Source of the DNA: an uncultured bacterium
Lineage (GTDB): Bacteria > Fidelibacterota > Marinisomatia > Marinisomatales > UBA1611
Assembly: GCA_943788175.1 (NCBI GenBank)
Contig: CALSPG010000010.1
Location: 13,394-77,393, forward strand
Length of the DNA: 64,000 nt
Direction: 5' to 3'
In this document: positions 1-9,852 of the stretch, in pieces
How the letters are laid out: every line of letters starts with the position of its first letter
How positions within the stretch are numbered: position 1 is the stretch's first letter
Translations under genes and position numbers: made by a program
Notes under the pieces: generated by a model
The model's database searches: none
Told to the model about the DNA's origin: nothing
Seen by the model: only the letters and a program-made list of their open reading frames with translations

Positions 1-152
1 CTAGGTTTACTAGATTTTCCATTTACCAATATGTCGTCTTTTATGATATGGTGTTTAATTATACTCCTCGAGATCTTATTAAGGTTATTAGTTAGATAGA
101 CATCTAACCTAAGATCAAGGGGTTCCTGCACTAGAAAGGATTTTTTATTCAA
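1..152 (-). CDS. rluD: RluA/RluD-family pseudouridine synthase, N-terminal S4 domain (partial, runs off window start)
   Basis: Manual translation from TTG at 152 (overlapping lspA stop): MNKKSFLVQEPLDLRLDVYLTNNLNKISRSIIKHHIIKDDILVNGKSSKP, an S4 RLD..L...SRS...I.VNG..KP pattern. The lspA-rluD order is common. Confidence 0.8.
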   Translation of the reverse strand, partial: MNKKSFLVQEPLDLRLDVYLTNNLNKISRSIIKHHIIKDDILVNGKSSKP

Positions 153-625
153 ATAGAAGCTTTTTTATTTATTTTTTCTTGAAAATAAATTGAATGGATA
201 ATAAAAAAGACCATTCCAATCGATACGGAAGTATCTGCAATGTTAAAAATGTACCATTCCCAATATGATCCTAATTTTATATGCAAAAAATCGACCACTT
301 TACCAGCTAATAACCTATCTATCAAGTTTCCTAATGCACCAGCGATAATTAAAGATAGACCCAATTTTATTGTAATATGACTCATCCTCTCTAACCAGAA
401 AAAATAAACTAACACAAAGGTCATTAATATTGATAAAACAGATAGCGTAACTTGGCCGCCAGGAAGACTTAAGCCAAATGCCATACCATCATTTGTTACA
501 TATGTTAAATAAAAAAAGTTCTCAATTAATGGGATAGACTGGTATAAATCCATATAACTGTGTACTAACCACTTTGTAACCTGATCAGTAATGAAAATGC
601 CAATTATAAGCCCAATATAAAGCAA
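149..625 (-). CDS. lspA: Lipoprotein signal peptidase II
   Basis: Motifs DQVTK, NDGMAFG, GALGNLIDR, VVDF, FNIAD. Confidence 0.97.
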   Translation of the reverse strand: MLYIGLIIGIFITDQVTKWLVHSYMDLYQSIPLIENFFYLTYVTNDGMAFGLSLPGGQVTLSVLSILMTFVLVYFFWLERMSHITIKLGLSLIIAGALGNLIDRLLAGKVVDFLHIKLGSYWEWYIFNIADTSVSIGMVFFIIHSIYFQEKINKKASI

Positions 626-626
626 A

Positions 627-1028
627 TTAACTCTTTGGTAAGTTTAGCTTTTCACCTTCCTTACAAGAAACGCATTTTGTTGCGTTCGGAACTTCCATCA
701 TTCGTTCTTCGGGTATTTTTTCTCCACATACCGCACAAACACCAAAATCACCTGATTCTATCCTCTGAAGTGCAAGATTTAAAAAATTAATATAATCAGT
801 TTCTCTATTCATTAGATGAAAACCTTTTTCGCGCTCATATGAGTCCGTGCCGGCATCTGCCATGTGTACGCTATAAACAGAATCTTGAGCAAGACTAGCA
901 TTCCCTTTAGAATCAATATTTAGGTCATCCCTTATGCCATCCATAGTACCATTTAGCTCATCAATCCTTTTCTGTATCTCTTTCCTAAATCGTTCTAAAT
1001 CTTTTTTATTGTATCTATTTTTTGCCAT
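627..1028 (-). CDS. TraR/DksA family C4 zinc-finger protein
   Basis: Coiled-coil tip HMADAGTD and C-terminal CAVC...CVSC zinc finger; sits between ileS and lspA. Confidence 0.9.
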   Translation of the reverse strand: MAKNRYNKKDLERFRKEIQKRIDELNGTMDGIRDDLNIDSKGNASLAQDSVYSVHMADAGTDSYEREKGFHLMNRETDYINFLNLALQRIESGDFGVCAVCGEKIPEERMMEVPNATKCVSCKEGEKLNLPKS

Positions 1029-1040
1029 CTTTTCAGTTCC

Positions 1041-4000
1041 TTATATATTAGCTATTTTAAGACTAATCTTGATTACCTTTTCTCTTAATTCAAATTCAGC
1101 ATTGTAATCATGGTCTGTAATAGAATTATCTATTAAAGTCGTCAATGTCTCATTACAAAAATAATCCTCAAATTTAACAAATGCTTCTTGAAATTCACTA
1201 TCCAATTTCCAAGAAATAATTATGCGATCTTCTACAGAAAAACCAGCATCTTTTCTGATGTTTTGGACTTGTCTAACTAAGTCTCTAACAATTCCCTCTT
1301 GAATCAATTCATCATTTAATTCGAGTGTTAAACCGACTGTTATACCTTTTCCACTTACTGCAGAAAAACCATCAGCTGCAAGCGTTTCAATAATAATATC
1401 TTCTTTTTCTAATGTATATACATCGTCATCTTTTTTTATAATTATGTAACCAGTTTTTTCATATTCCTTAAAACGCTCATCGTTATCCCCAGCGCTTAAA
1501 ACAGCTCTAATATCTTTGAGTCCACTTTTATATTTTCTACCAAGAACAGGTAGGTTTGGTTTAATATTGTATTTAACCAAAGAACCAGCATTGGTAATTC
1601 TTTCAATAGATTTAACATTCAACTCGTCTAGAATAATATCTTTATAATCATGAATAAAGTTAGAAGTCTCATTGTCCTCTATCGCATATAAGACCTTTAA
1701 CAGAGGTTGTCTAATTTTTACCTTTGACTGATTTCTTGCAGATCTACCTAACTCGACTACACGTTTTAATGAATCAACTTTCTTGATAATATCATCATCA
1801 ATTAAATCTGTTTTAGGCTTTGGATAATCACAAAGATGAACACTCTCAGGAGCCTTAGAATCTAAATTTACCACTAAATTTTTATACATTTTTTCTGTGC
1901 AAAATGGTAATACTGGTGCTATACATTTAATACTATTTACTAGAACATGATACAATGTAGCATATGCAGTAAACTTGTCTTGGTCATCTTCAGATTTCCA
2001 GAACCTTCTTCTATTTCTTCTTATGTACCAATTTGATAAATCTTCCAAGAAAATATCGAAAGAATTAACTAGGCTAGCGACATCATAATTATCAAGATAA
2101 TTTCGACCATCTCTAATCAAGATATGCAATTTTGACAATACCCATTTATCAAGTATTGTTAAGTTTTCAAGTTTTATTTTTCCATGCTTTTTTAAATCAA
2201 ATCCATCTACTGATGCGTAAGTAGAAAAAAATGAATAAACATTCCAAAAAGTTATTAGTTTTTTCCTAATATCATCTGCCGGCCCATAACCGAAAAATAG
2301 ATTGCTTTCTAAGTTTTGTCCTGCATACATCCAACGCATAACATCAACACCCATTTTCTCAGCAGCATCATCAAACCATATTGCATTGCCCCAACTTTTA
2401 TGCATCTCTCTACCATCCTCGTCTTTAACTAAAGCATGTCCAAGGAGTGTTTTGAAAGGAGCACTTCCTTCAAGCCAGCTAGACATAGCTAGCAATGAAT
2501 AAAACCAATTTCTGAACTGACCAGGAAAACATTCTGTAACAAAATCTGCAGGATACCATTTATCCCATTTATCCCTATCTGATATATAATCTAGAGTTGA
2601 GAAAGGAACGATACCAGCGTCAAGCCAAGGATTACCAACATCTAGAATCCTTTTGCCTATTAGACCCGATTCTGGATGCTTAATTTGAATCTCATCAATC
2701 CAAGGCCTATGTGGACTATTACCGTCGAACGATTCAAAGCCTGAAACAGCGAGTTCTTTCAATTCTTTTTCAGAACCAACTACATAAAAAGAATCATCTT
2801 CAAAAACCCAAATAGGCAAAGCTAAACCCCAAAACCTTTTTTTGGATATCATCCAATCGCCCATATTATCAAGCCATTCATGTTCTCGATCTTTGCCCCA
2901 TCCCGGTATCCAATCAACATCATCAACAACACTTTTAATTTTTTCACGCCAGTCCATGTTGATGTACCACTCCTCAACCAACCGAAAAACTAGTTCATCT
3001 CCCGACCTCCAACAATGCGGATATACGTGAGGATACTCTTCAACATATACAAGAAAATGTCTTTTTTTCAAATCTTCGATAATTAGATCAATTGTTTCTG
3101 GTTCTGTAGCTGATTTGTTTTTAAGCCAACCAAAATTATCCATAAACCTTGCTTCTTCATCGAGAGGTGCAATATTAATTAGATTTTTTTCTTTACCCAC
3201 TTTATGATCTATATCACCACAACCTGGCGCCATATGAACAATGCCAGTACCTTCTCCGGAAACAACAATATCATTCCCAATTTTATCTTTACCAGGGTCT
3301 ATCACTTTATGCTGGCTGACAGAAGTAACACCCTCTTTTTCAAGGTGTTCATTAACAAAGGGATATCCTCCAGCCTTATTTTGAGCTTCTAAATCATCAA
3401 ATGGCCCAATATATTCTAATCCAACTAATTCGGCACCGCTTACAGAACCAATAACCTCATATCCGCCGTGCTCTTTAAAAATTTGAGAAATTGTTTTGAG
3501 TTTTGGAACACCCTCAACCCATTGTTTTTTATCAGAAAACTGTTTTTCTAGTCGCTGATGTTCGAGGTTATCTTTTGCAAAATAGTATATTGAACCGTCT
3601 GAGGATTTTAGTTTAACGTACTCAAGATTAACATTTACAGCTACTACAACATTTGATGTTAAGGTCCACGGCGTTGTAGTCCAAACGAGTAAATACTCTT
3701 GCTTTCTATCTTTAATAGGAAACCGCACAAATACAGCTCTATGGGAAACAAGTTTTCTGCCTTCGATAACTTCCATTTGCGAATATGAAGTTCCTGACCT
3801 TCCACTCCAAGGAACAACATCAACGTCTCGATAGATTTTTTGTTCTTCAAAAAGTTTTTTTAAAAATCTCCAAATAGTATAATTATTTTCATTGGACATT
3901 GTAAAATAAGAGTTTTCCCAATCCATCCAATATCCTAACCGAATTGACTGTTCCGTTTGAATTTTTGAATACTTCAATACTCTTTCTTTACATAGATTGA

Positions 4001-4352
4001 CAAACTTTTCGATTCCAAAAGCTTCAACATCTTTTTTGGATTTAAAGCCCAATTCTTTTTCAACTTCTATTTCAACCCATAATCCTTGACAGTCAAAACC
4101 ATTTTGATATCTTAATTCAAAACCGGTCATTGCCTTATATCGATTATATATGTCTTTTAGGGTTCGTCCCCAGGCATGATGTACTCCCATTGGATTATTT
4201 GCTGTAATAGGGCCATCAATAAAGCTCCAAGTTGGCTTGCCATCATTAAGTTGACGGCGTTTATTGAAAATTTTTTCGTTTTCCCAAAATTCGAGGACTT
4301 CATGCTCCTGAGCTATAAAGTCCACATTGGAAGAGATCTTTTTAATGGCCAT
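1041..4352 (-). CDS. ileS: Isoleucine--tRNA ligase, type 2 (IleRS2) with GVHH signature
   Basis: GPITANNPMGVHH, GFDCQGL, WTTTPWTL, GTGIVHMAP, DWMISKKRFWG, EMHKSWGN, LSNWYIRRNRRRFW; long type-2 C-terminus (KIRQPL, VQNIRKDAGFSVEDRI) without the type-1 C-terminal Zn finger. Confidence 0.97.
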   Translation of the reverse strand: MAIKKISSNVDFIAQEHEVLEFWENEKIFNKRRQLNDGKPTWSFIDGPITANNPMGVHHAWGRTLKDIYNRYKAMTGFELRYQNGFDCQGLWVEIEVEKELGFKSKKDVEAFGIEKFVNLCKERVLKYSKIQTEQSIRLGYWMDWENSYFTMSNENNYTIWRFLKKLFEEQKIYRDVDVVPWSGRSGTSYSQMEVIEGRKLVSHRAVFVRFPIKDRKQEYLLVWTTTPWTLTSNVVVAVNVNLEYVKLKSSDGSIYYFAKDNLEHQRLEKQFSDKKQWVEGVPKLKTISQIFKEHGGYEVIGSVSGAELVGLEYIGPFDDLEAQNKAGGYPFVNEHLEKEGVTSVSQHKVIDPGKDKIGNDIVVSGEGTGIVHMAPGCGDIDHKVGKEKNLINIAPLDEEARFMDNFGWLKNKSATEPETIDLIIEDLKKRHFLVYVEEYPHVYPHCWRSGDELVFRLVEEWYINMDWREKIKSVVDDVDWIPGWGKDREHEWLDNMGDWMISKKRFWGLALPIWVFEDDSFYVVGSEKELKELAVSGFESFDGNSPHRPWIDEIQIKHPESGLIGKRILDVGNPWLDAGIVPFSTLDYISDRDKWDKWYPADFVTECFPGQFRNWFYSLLAMSSWLEGSAPFKTLLGHALVKDEDGREMHKSWGNAIWFDDAAEKMGVDVMRWMYAGQNLESNLFFGYGPADDIRKKLITFWNVYSFFSTYASVDGFDLKKHGKIKLENLTILDKWVLSKLHILIRDGRNYLDNYDVASLVNSFDIFLEDLSNWYIRRNRRRFWKSEDDQDKFTAYATLYHVLVNSIKCIAPVLPFCTEKMYKNLVVNLDSKAPESVHLCDYPKPKTDLIDDDIIKKVDSLKRVVELGRSARNQSKVKIRQPLLKVLYAIEDNETSNFIHDYKDIILDELNVKSIERITNAGSLVKYNIKPNLPVLGRKYKSGLKDIRAVLSAGDNDERFKEYEKTGYIIIKKDDDVYTLEKEDIIIETLAADGFSAVSGKGITVGLTLELNDELIQEGIVRDLVRQVQNIRKDAGFSVEDRIIISWKLDSEFQEAFVKFEDYFCNETLTTLIDNSITDHDYNAEFELREKVIKISLKIANI

Positions 4353-4481
4353 GCTTTATCCGATATTAGTCTAAATTATAGACTAATAAATTAGCAGTGA
4401 ATAGTTTTGTTTTACTAGTTAAGAAAAAACAAAATTAATGATGGATATTCATGAATTCTATTATTAATAATTAAAATATAA

Positions 4482-5864
4482 TTAATAGTTAAGCGTAATA
4501 AAAAGAGATGAACCATCATTCTTCTTTACTAATAACAATAAACTTCCTCTAGCTCTTGAAGCTTTTTCTTTTTTCTTAAATTCTTTTAGCGAACGAACTT
4601 GCTGCGTTCCCACGCGCTTGATTACATCGCCCTCAACAAGACCCTTATCAGCGGCCTCACTACCTGGTTCGACCGCTACTACTATAATTTTACCATCACC
4701 TTCTTTTAGATTGTATTTTTGTATTAAGGCACTATTTATTTCTTTCAATTCTAAACCAAGAATAGAAGTATTAGACGAAGTTTTCACAGCAACCTGCTTT
4801 CCATCCTTAAGCTCTTGCAATATCACTTTTAGAATTTTTTTATTACCGTTTCTAAAAATAACGATATCTGACTTCGAACCTGGAGGCATAAGAGAAACAA
4901 TATTTCTAAGGTTTGATGGATCTGATATTTTTTTATTATCAAACTTAACTATTACATCACCCTCTTCAATCCCCGCTAACTCAGCAGGACTATCTTGAAC
5001 AACCTGCGTTATAAGTGCACCGTCTCGCGATTCCATTTCTAACGCCTTAGCTGCATCCGCATCTAATGGCTGTATATATACACCCAACCAAGACCTAGTC
5101 ACATAGCCTTTATCAATAAGATCAGACATTATTCTTTTTGACATATTAGAGGGAATTGCAAAACCAACACCTCTATTCCCTTTTTCATAACCGCCTGTAG
5201 CAATCGCTGTATTTATGCCTATCAACTCGCCCTTCATATTTAACAATGCTCCCCCGCTATTTCCCGGATTTATCGCGGCATCAGTTTGAATGAAGTCTTC
5301 ATAACTTTGACCTCGAATGATATTTGATCTTCCCATAGCGCTCACGATACCAGTAGTAACAGTGTGGCTTAAATTTTCTGAGAAAGGACTACCAACAGCC
5401 ATAACCCATTCACCAACTCTTAGTTTATCAGAATTACCCAGTTTTAATTCTCTTAAATTATCCGCTTCAATCTTTAGAATCGCGAGGTCTGATTTAGGAT
5501 CCGTACCCATAATTTTAGCTTTATATTCACGTTTATCGAAAAGTTTTACTTTAATATTATCCATATCCTCAACAACGTGATTATTAGTTAAAATATAACC
5601 TTTGCGAGCATCAACGATTACACCAGAACCGAGTGCATTGGTTTTATACTCTTTGTCACTGTTGGGATCCATATATGGATTAAAGAAAAAATATAAATCA
5701 TTATTTGGCACCTTCATAATTTTATCTGTGATAATGGTGACAACGGCAGGTTTCGCAGTCTCGGCAACATCTGCAAAAGCATCACTGAACTGTTGCACAA
5801 CAGAGTTTTGAGAAAAAAGATTTGCAATTATGGCGATAGTAAAAATAATAGTTCTAAGCATCAT
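4482..5864 (-). CDS. Do/DegP/DegQ (HtrA) periplasmic serine endoprotease with two PDZ domains
   Basis: Signal peptide; TNNHVV, SDLAILK, QTDAAINPGNSGG catalytic triad motifs; two PDZ-like domains. Confidence 0.95.
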   Translation of the reverse strand: MMLRTIIFTIAIIANLFSQNSVVQQFSDAFADVAETAKPAVVTIITDKIMKVPNNDLYFFFNPYMDPNSDKEYKTNALGSGVIVDARKGYILTNNHVVEDMDNIKVKLFDKREYKAKIMGTDPKSDLAILKIEADNLRELKLGNSDKLRVGEWVMAVGSPFSENLSHTVTTGIVSAMGRSNIIRGQSYEDFIQTDAAINPGNSGGALLNMKGELIGINTAIATGGYEKGNRGVGFAIPSNMSKRIMSDLIDKGYVTRSWLGVYIQPLDADAAKALEMESRDGALITQVVQDSPAELAGIEEGDVIVKFDNKKISDPSNLRNIVSLMPPGSKSDIVIFRNGNKKILKVILQELKDGKQVAVKTSSNTSILGLELKEINSALIQKYNLKEGDGKIIVVAVEPGSEAADKGLVEGDVIKRVGTQQVRSLKEFKKKEKASRARGSLLLLVKKNDGSSLFITLNY

Positions 5865-5915
5865 ATTCCTTGTTTATTCATGTTACAATAATGCACTGAA
5901 TACGCATAATGTTCC

Positions 5916-5943
5916 AAAAAAAAAGCCCTCAACTTGAGGGCTT
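5916..5943 (-). terminator. Intrinsic terminator downstream of the large secreted protein gene
   Basis: Stem AAGCCCTC/GAGGGCTT with a 5-nt loop; on the minus strand it ends in a U run (A9 at 5916-5924 on +). Confidence 0.85.
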
Positions 5944-5966
5944 CTTCTTTGCTTTACAATAAATGT

Positions 5967-8900
5967 TTACTTTAAAAACAACATTTTCTTCATAGCGCTA
6001 TGGTTACCAGTATTAAGCGTATAAAAGTACATACCGGTTGATACTGAAACACCATTATCGTTTGTACCATCCCATTGAACTACATGATAACCAGAGGCAA
6101 CTTGCTTGTTTGCCAGCGTTTTAACTTTTTGACCCATCAAATTAAAGATAGAAACATTAATTTGAGTTGCTTTTGGAATATCAAATTGTATTTCTGTGAT
6201 TGGATTAAAAGGGTTAGGATAGTTTTGATGTAACGCAAATACACCAGGCACAAGCTTCACGTCTGCTGAAACAACATTTGAAGAGACACTTGCAATGTTT
6301 CCTTTTGGACCTGATACAACCACATTACTTATATCAACACTACTTCTATCTAAGACACTGCCTAAGAAGCTATATGACATCTGCAATAAATCTTGGTTTT
6401 TGTCTGAAAGGATGAAACCACCATTCACGTCGAATAAAACTACTTTTATTAAACCTTCTTTAATTTCTCTAAAAGTACTAACTACATTATCTTGCAATAA
6501 AATAAGAGAAGGCTCGCCGATCGAAACGATACTAGGATCATAACTCAAATCAAACTCAAGTCCCTTTAAAGCACCATCATATAAAATATTAAAAATTAAA
6601 TCTGAACTTGCATGATTAGATTTTATTTCTATTGAAGCAAATGAACCTAGGCTTGAAGATCTACCTGACTGAGTACCAGATATTATATCTACAACCATAA
6701 CAACATCTGCAATATTTAATTCATCATCCATATTAATATCCGAATTATTAAATGCTGCATTACTAGGCGTGGTTTCTTCAAGTATGAAATCGACTAACGT
6801 CAAAACGTCTTCAATAGTCGTTTCGCTATCAAAATTAGCATCACCGACTGCAAATGGGACGGCACAGGCAGTATTTGAAGCCTTGGATTCAACTGTCCCA
6901 TAGCCCCCATCTGATGGTTCACCAGTGTCATACTGAGCTTTAATATTGTAACAATAATTATTATAATTTTCCGAAACAACTATTGTATCCATGGTGTCTG
7001 TCGTGCTAGAAACAAGAGTCGTTGTTAAATCATCGGCCACTAAATACACATTATATAATTCAGGATCTTCATCCCGCATATTATTCATTACCAATGTCGG
7101 AATAGGCCTAGGAACATAAATCTGCGGAGACCCATTATTAACGTTTGAACCTGCCTGCATATTAAAATTATGGTTGGAAATACTCCTGTAGCTTAAATCT
7201 GTAAAAGGTTCATTTGAACTAGGTTCAGAAATAACTGCAAACGATGCTGCTTCTGCCGCACCAGGCGCACCAATAAACCCAGCCAGGATACCAAAGTCTC
7301 CAGCTAAACCATAATATTCATTCGCCATTGTTGACCAACCGGCACCAGAATCAACCCAATTTCTATCGAAATATTCAGGAGAAATTGGTTCAAGATCATT
7401 TGCTAATGAAATGAATCCTCCTCCATCATTTACTATAACGTAAACGTCACCACTGGCAATCTCAATATTAGCTTCAGACATATCAATAGGAAATTGAGTA
7501 AGAGCATCCGAGTCAGTACTCAAATCAACACCCTCTAACGTATATACTGGTTCACCAACTGGGCCACCAGCTAGTCCTTGAGGATCTAAATAAACCGTTA
7601 TAATTGCAGCAGCGGAGGTACCGCCACCATATTCTGTACCTTGAATGCTCACAACAATATTTTGAAGAGATGCTGGGTAATTTGCAGGTGTAAATCTTAC
7701 ACCAAAGCTACAACCACCGTAACCACAACCAATTTGCTGTTCTAATACCTCATCATAATATGCAATATCATATTCGGCTACTGAACCTGGTGTCCTCCAA
7801 GACAAATAGATCTTTTCATCCCCTGGAATTGCGGACAACGCTACTGGCGAAGGCATATCTGGTGACAGTACAAAATCTTGAACGGTAGCTTCAGCTTGAG
7901 CAAGAATATTTACAGAGATTGATTCAGAGGAAAAGTTATTTCTTGAAACAGTAACAACGTGAGTGCCGACATCTAGGTTCATTAGCATGTATAGACCATC
8001 AGCGCCAGTAGTATCTGATACCCCACTTGCAGAAACAATAGCACTATCAAGCGGAGCACCATTTGGGTCTTTAATTGAACCACTAACGTCACCAAAAATA
8101 AAATCAGAAGCGTCTTGGACCGTAATCATTTCACTTTCATAATTATCGCCGCCAACTGGCCCATCATAGACTGCAGTGACACCAAATGTATAATCAGTTC
8201 CATTTACAATGTTTGAAACAGTATAGCTAGTAAATTCTACAACATCTTCATTGTTCTTAACATCTCCAACGTAAATATTGTAACCAAGAAAATCATATTC
8301 ATTTCTATTCCTAGTCTCATTTAGCTCTAGGTCTTCAACAACCATTTGGTTCGTTACAACACTAATATCTAAAGTATAGTTACCCGAGCTAGTAGAGTAG
8401 CCATCTATGACGACATAATACAAACCAGCTGGTAAAGTTCCCGAAAATGATGATACATAATTATCAAGTAAAGGAGAAGAACAGCCATCATCATTGCACG
8501 CTGTACCATTATCTTCAGGTATATCTTCAGGTGATAGAAAACTTCCTTCTACAACGTTACCATCAGCATCTAAAACATAAAGCTTTGAATCGTAGCCTGT
8601 ATTGCCACACAGAGAAAAATCATAAGCAGCTCCAGAGCTAGTCATCATGTAAACAACATCTGGAGCAGTAGATCCAGTGAATGGGCAAACAGCATCATAG
8701 TCATTTTCAAAACCAACTGTAGTGCCTTCATCAGAAAAAGGCATAGATGATATAATAAATGGATTGTCCATATTATCACCGAGTGTACCTTGGCCGCCAC
8801 CGCCCCCCCACCAGGCCCTTGCCAAATTAAAAGCATTTCTTCATCACCTGGAAACGACAATAAGTTTGTTGGCGGAACTGCTAACCAAGCTTCTGGAGTA

Positions 8901-9718
8901 CTAGAAACCGTAGCACTAGGAACAGATTCTGTCTCTGTACCATTTACATCATAAACAGCAACTACATAGTAAGTGTATTCAGTACCATTCGTTAAACCGG
9001 TATGTGCATATTCAAGCTCTGTGGTATTCCCTAAAACAATACCAGATGTACTATTATAAACCCGATACGTAACAAAACTACCACAAGCAGCAGGTATTTC
9101 TCTATCAACACTAAAAGAACCTGACTCAATTTTTTGTGGACTATTTGATTCTAATCCCTCAGTAAGAGCAGCATCAACTTGTTGACCTTTATCAAAAGGA
9201 AATGGTTCTGCGTATGTGTAAGACTGAACACCAAACCAACCTTCATCTGTATCAAAAGAGATTTCATATTCTTCAAACTGAGATTCTTCACTTCCTGTTT
9301 CACCAACAAAACTGAAAATTTCGTTGCCATTTAACAACAAAGTAAATTCACCACCAGTGTAAAGCCCATCTCCATAAGAGTCATACATAGTAAACACGTA
9401 ACTTCCAGATTCAATTTCAACATCCCAAGAATAAGAAGTGGAGGATGCCAGAACACCTGCTGAATCTGAACCTTCTTCTGCGACAACAGCATTAGAGGTT
9501 GCATTTACAAGGTCCCAGGAAGTCTCGTATCCATATGTATCAGTTGTTAATTCAACAGTAAATGTTGAAAGAAATGGATCTGCCGGCTCATTCCAAGAAA
9601 TAATATTTTGACTATCTCCGCCAAAAGCACTTACATCCTCGACAGGACAAAGTTCTTGAGCGACTACGCCGTTAAAAATAGAATAAGCTAAAATAAATAA
9701 AGTTGCTTTTAATTTCAC
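5967..9718 (-). CDS. Large (~1250 aa) secreted multidomain surface protein: FN3-like, PPC-like, carboxypeptidase-regulatory-like, dockerin-like, cohesin-like and T9SS/FlgD-type C-terminal domains; split by one frameshift
   Basis: ORFs 8645-9718 and 5967-8825 join at a G7 run (8803-8809) giving ...LLIWQGPGGGGGGQGTLGDN.... GTG start with GGAGGA SD; signal peptide; GDANFD...DVLTLVDFIL / SDINMDDELNIADVV dockerin-like repeat; C-terminal FALHQNYPNPFNP...KKMLFLK. Confidence 0.85.
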
Positions 9719-9852
9719 TTTTTCCTCCGAAAATAAAATTTAAATATTCATAGGTAATGAAAATTTTGTATAAGTAATAACTAAACTAATTTAATATTCT
9801 CAATATTTTATTCAATTCTTTTATTCTTTTATATTAAAAATATAAACACATG

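Noticed and set aside
4353-4481. Possible T-box or leader upstream of ileS
   Set aside because: Short, AT-rich, no T-box consensus or antiterminator.
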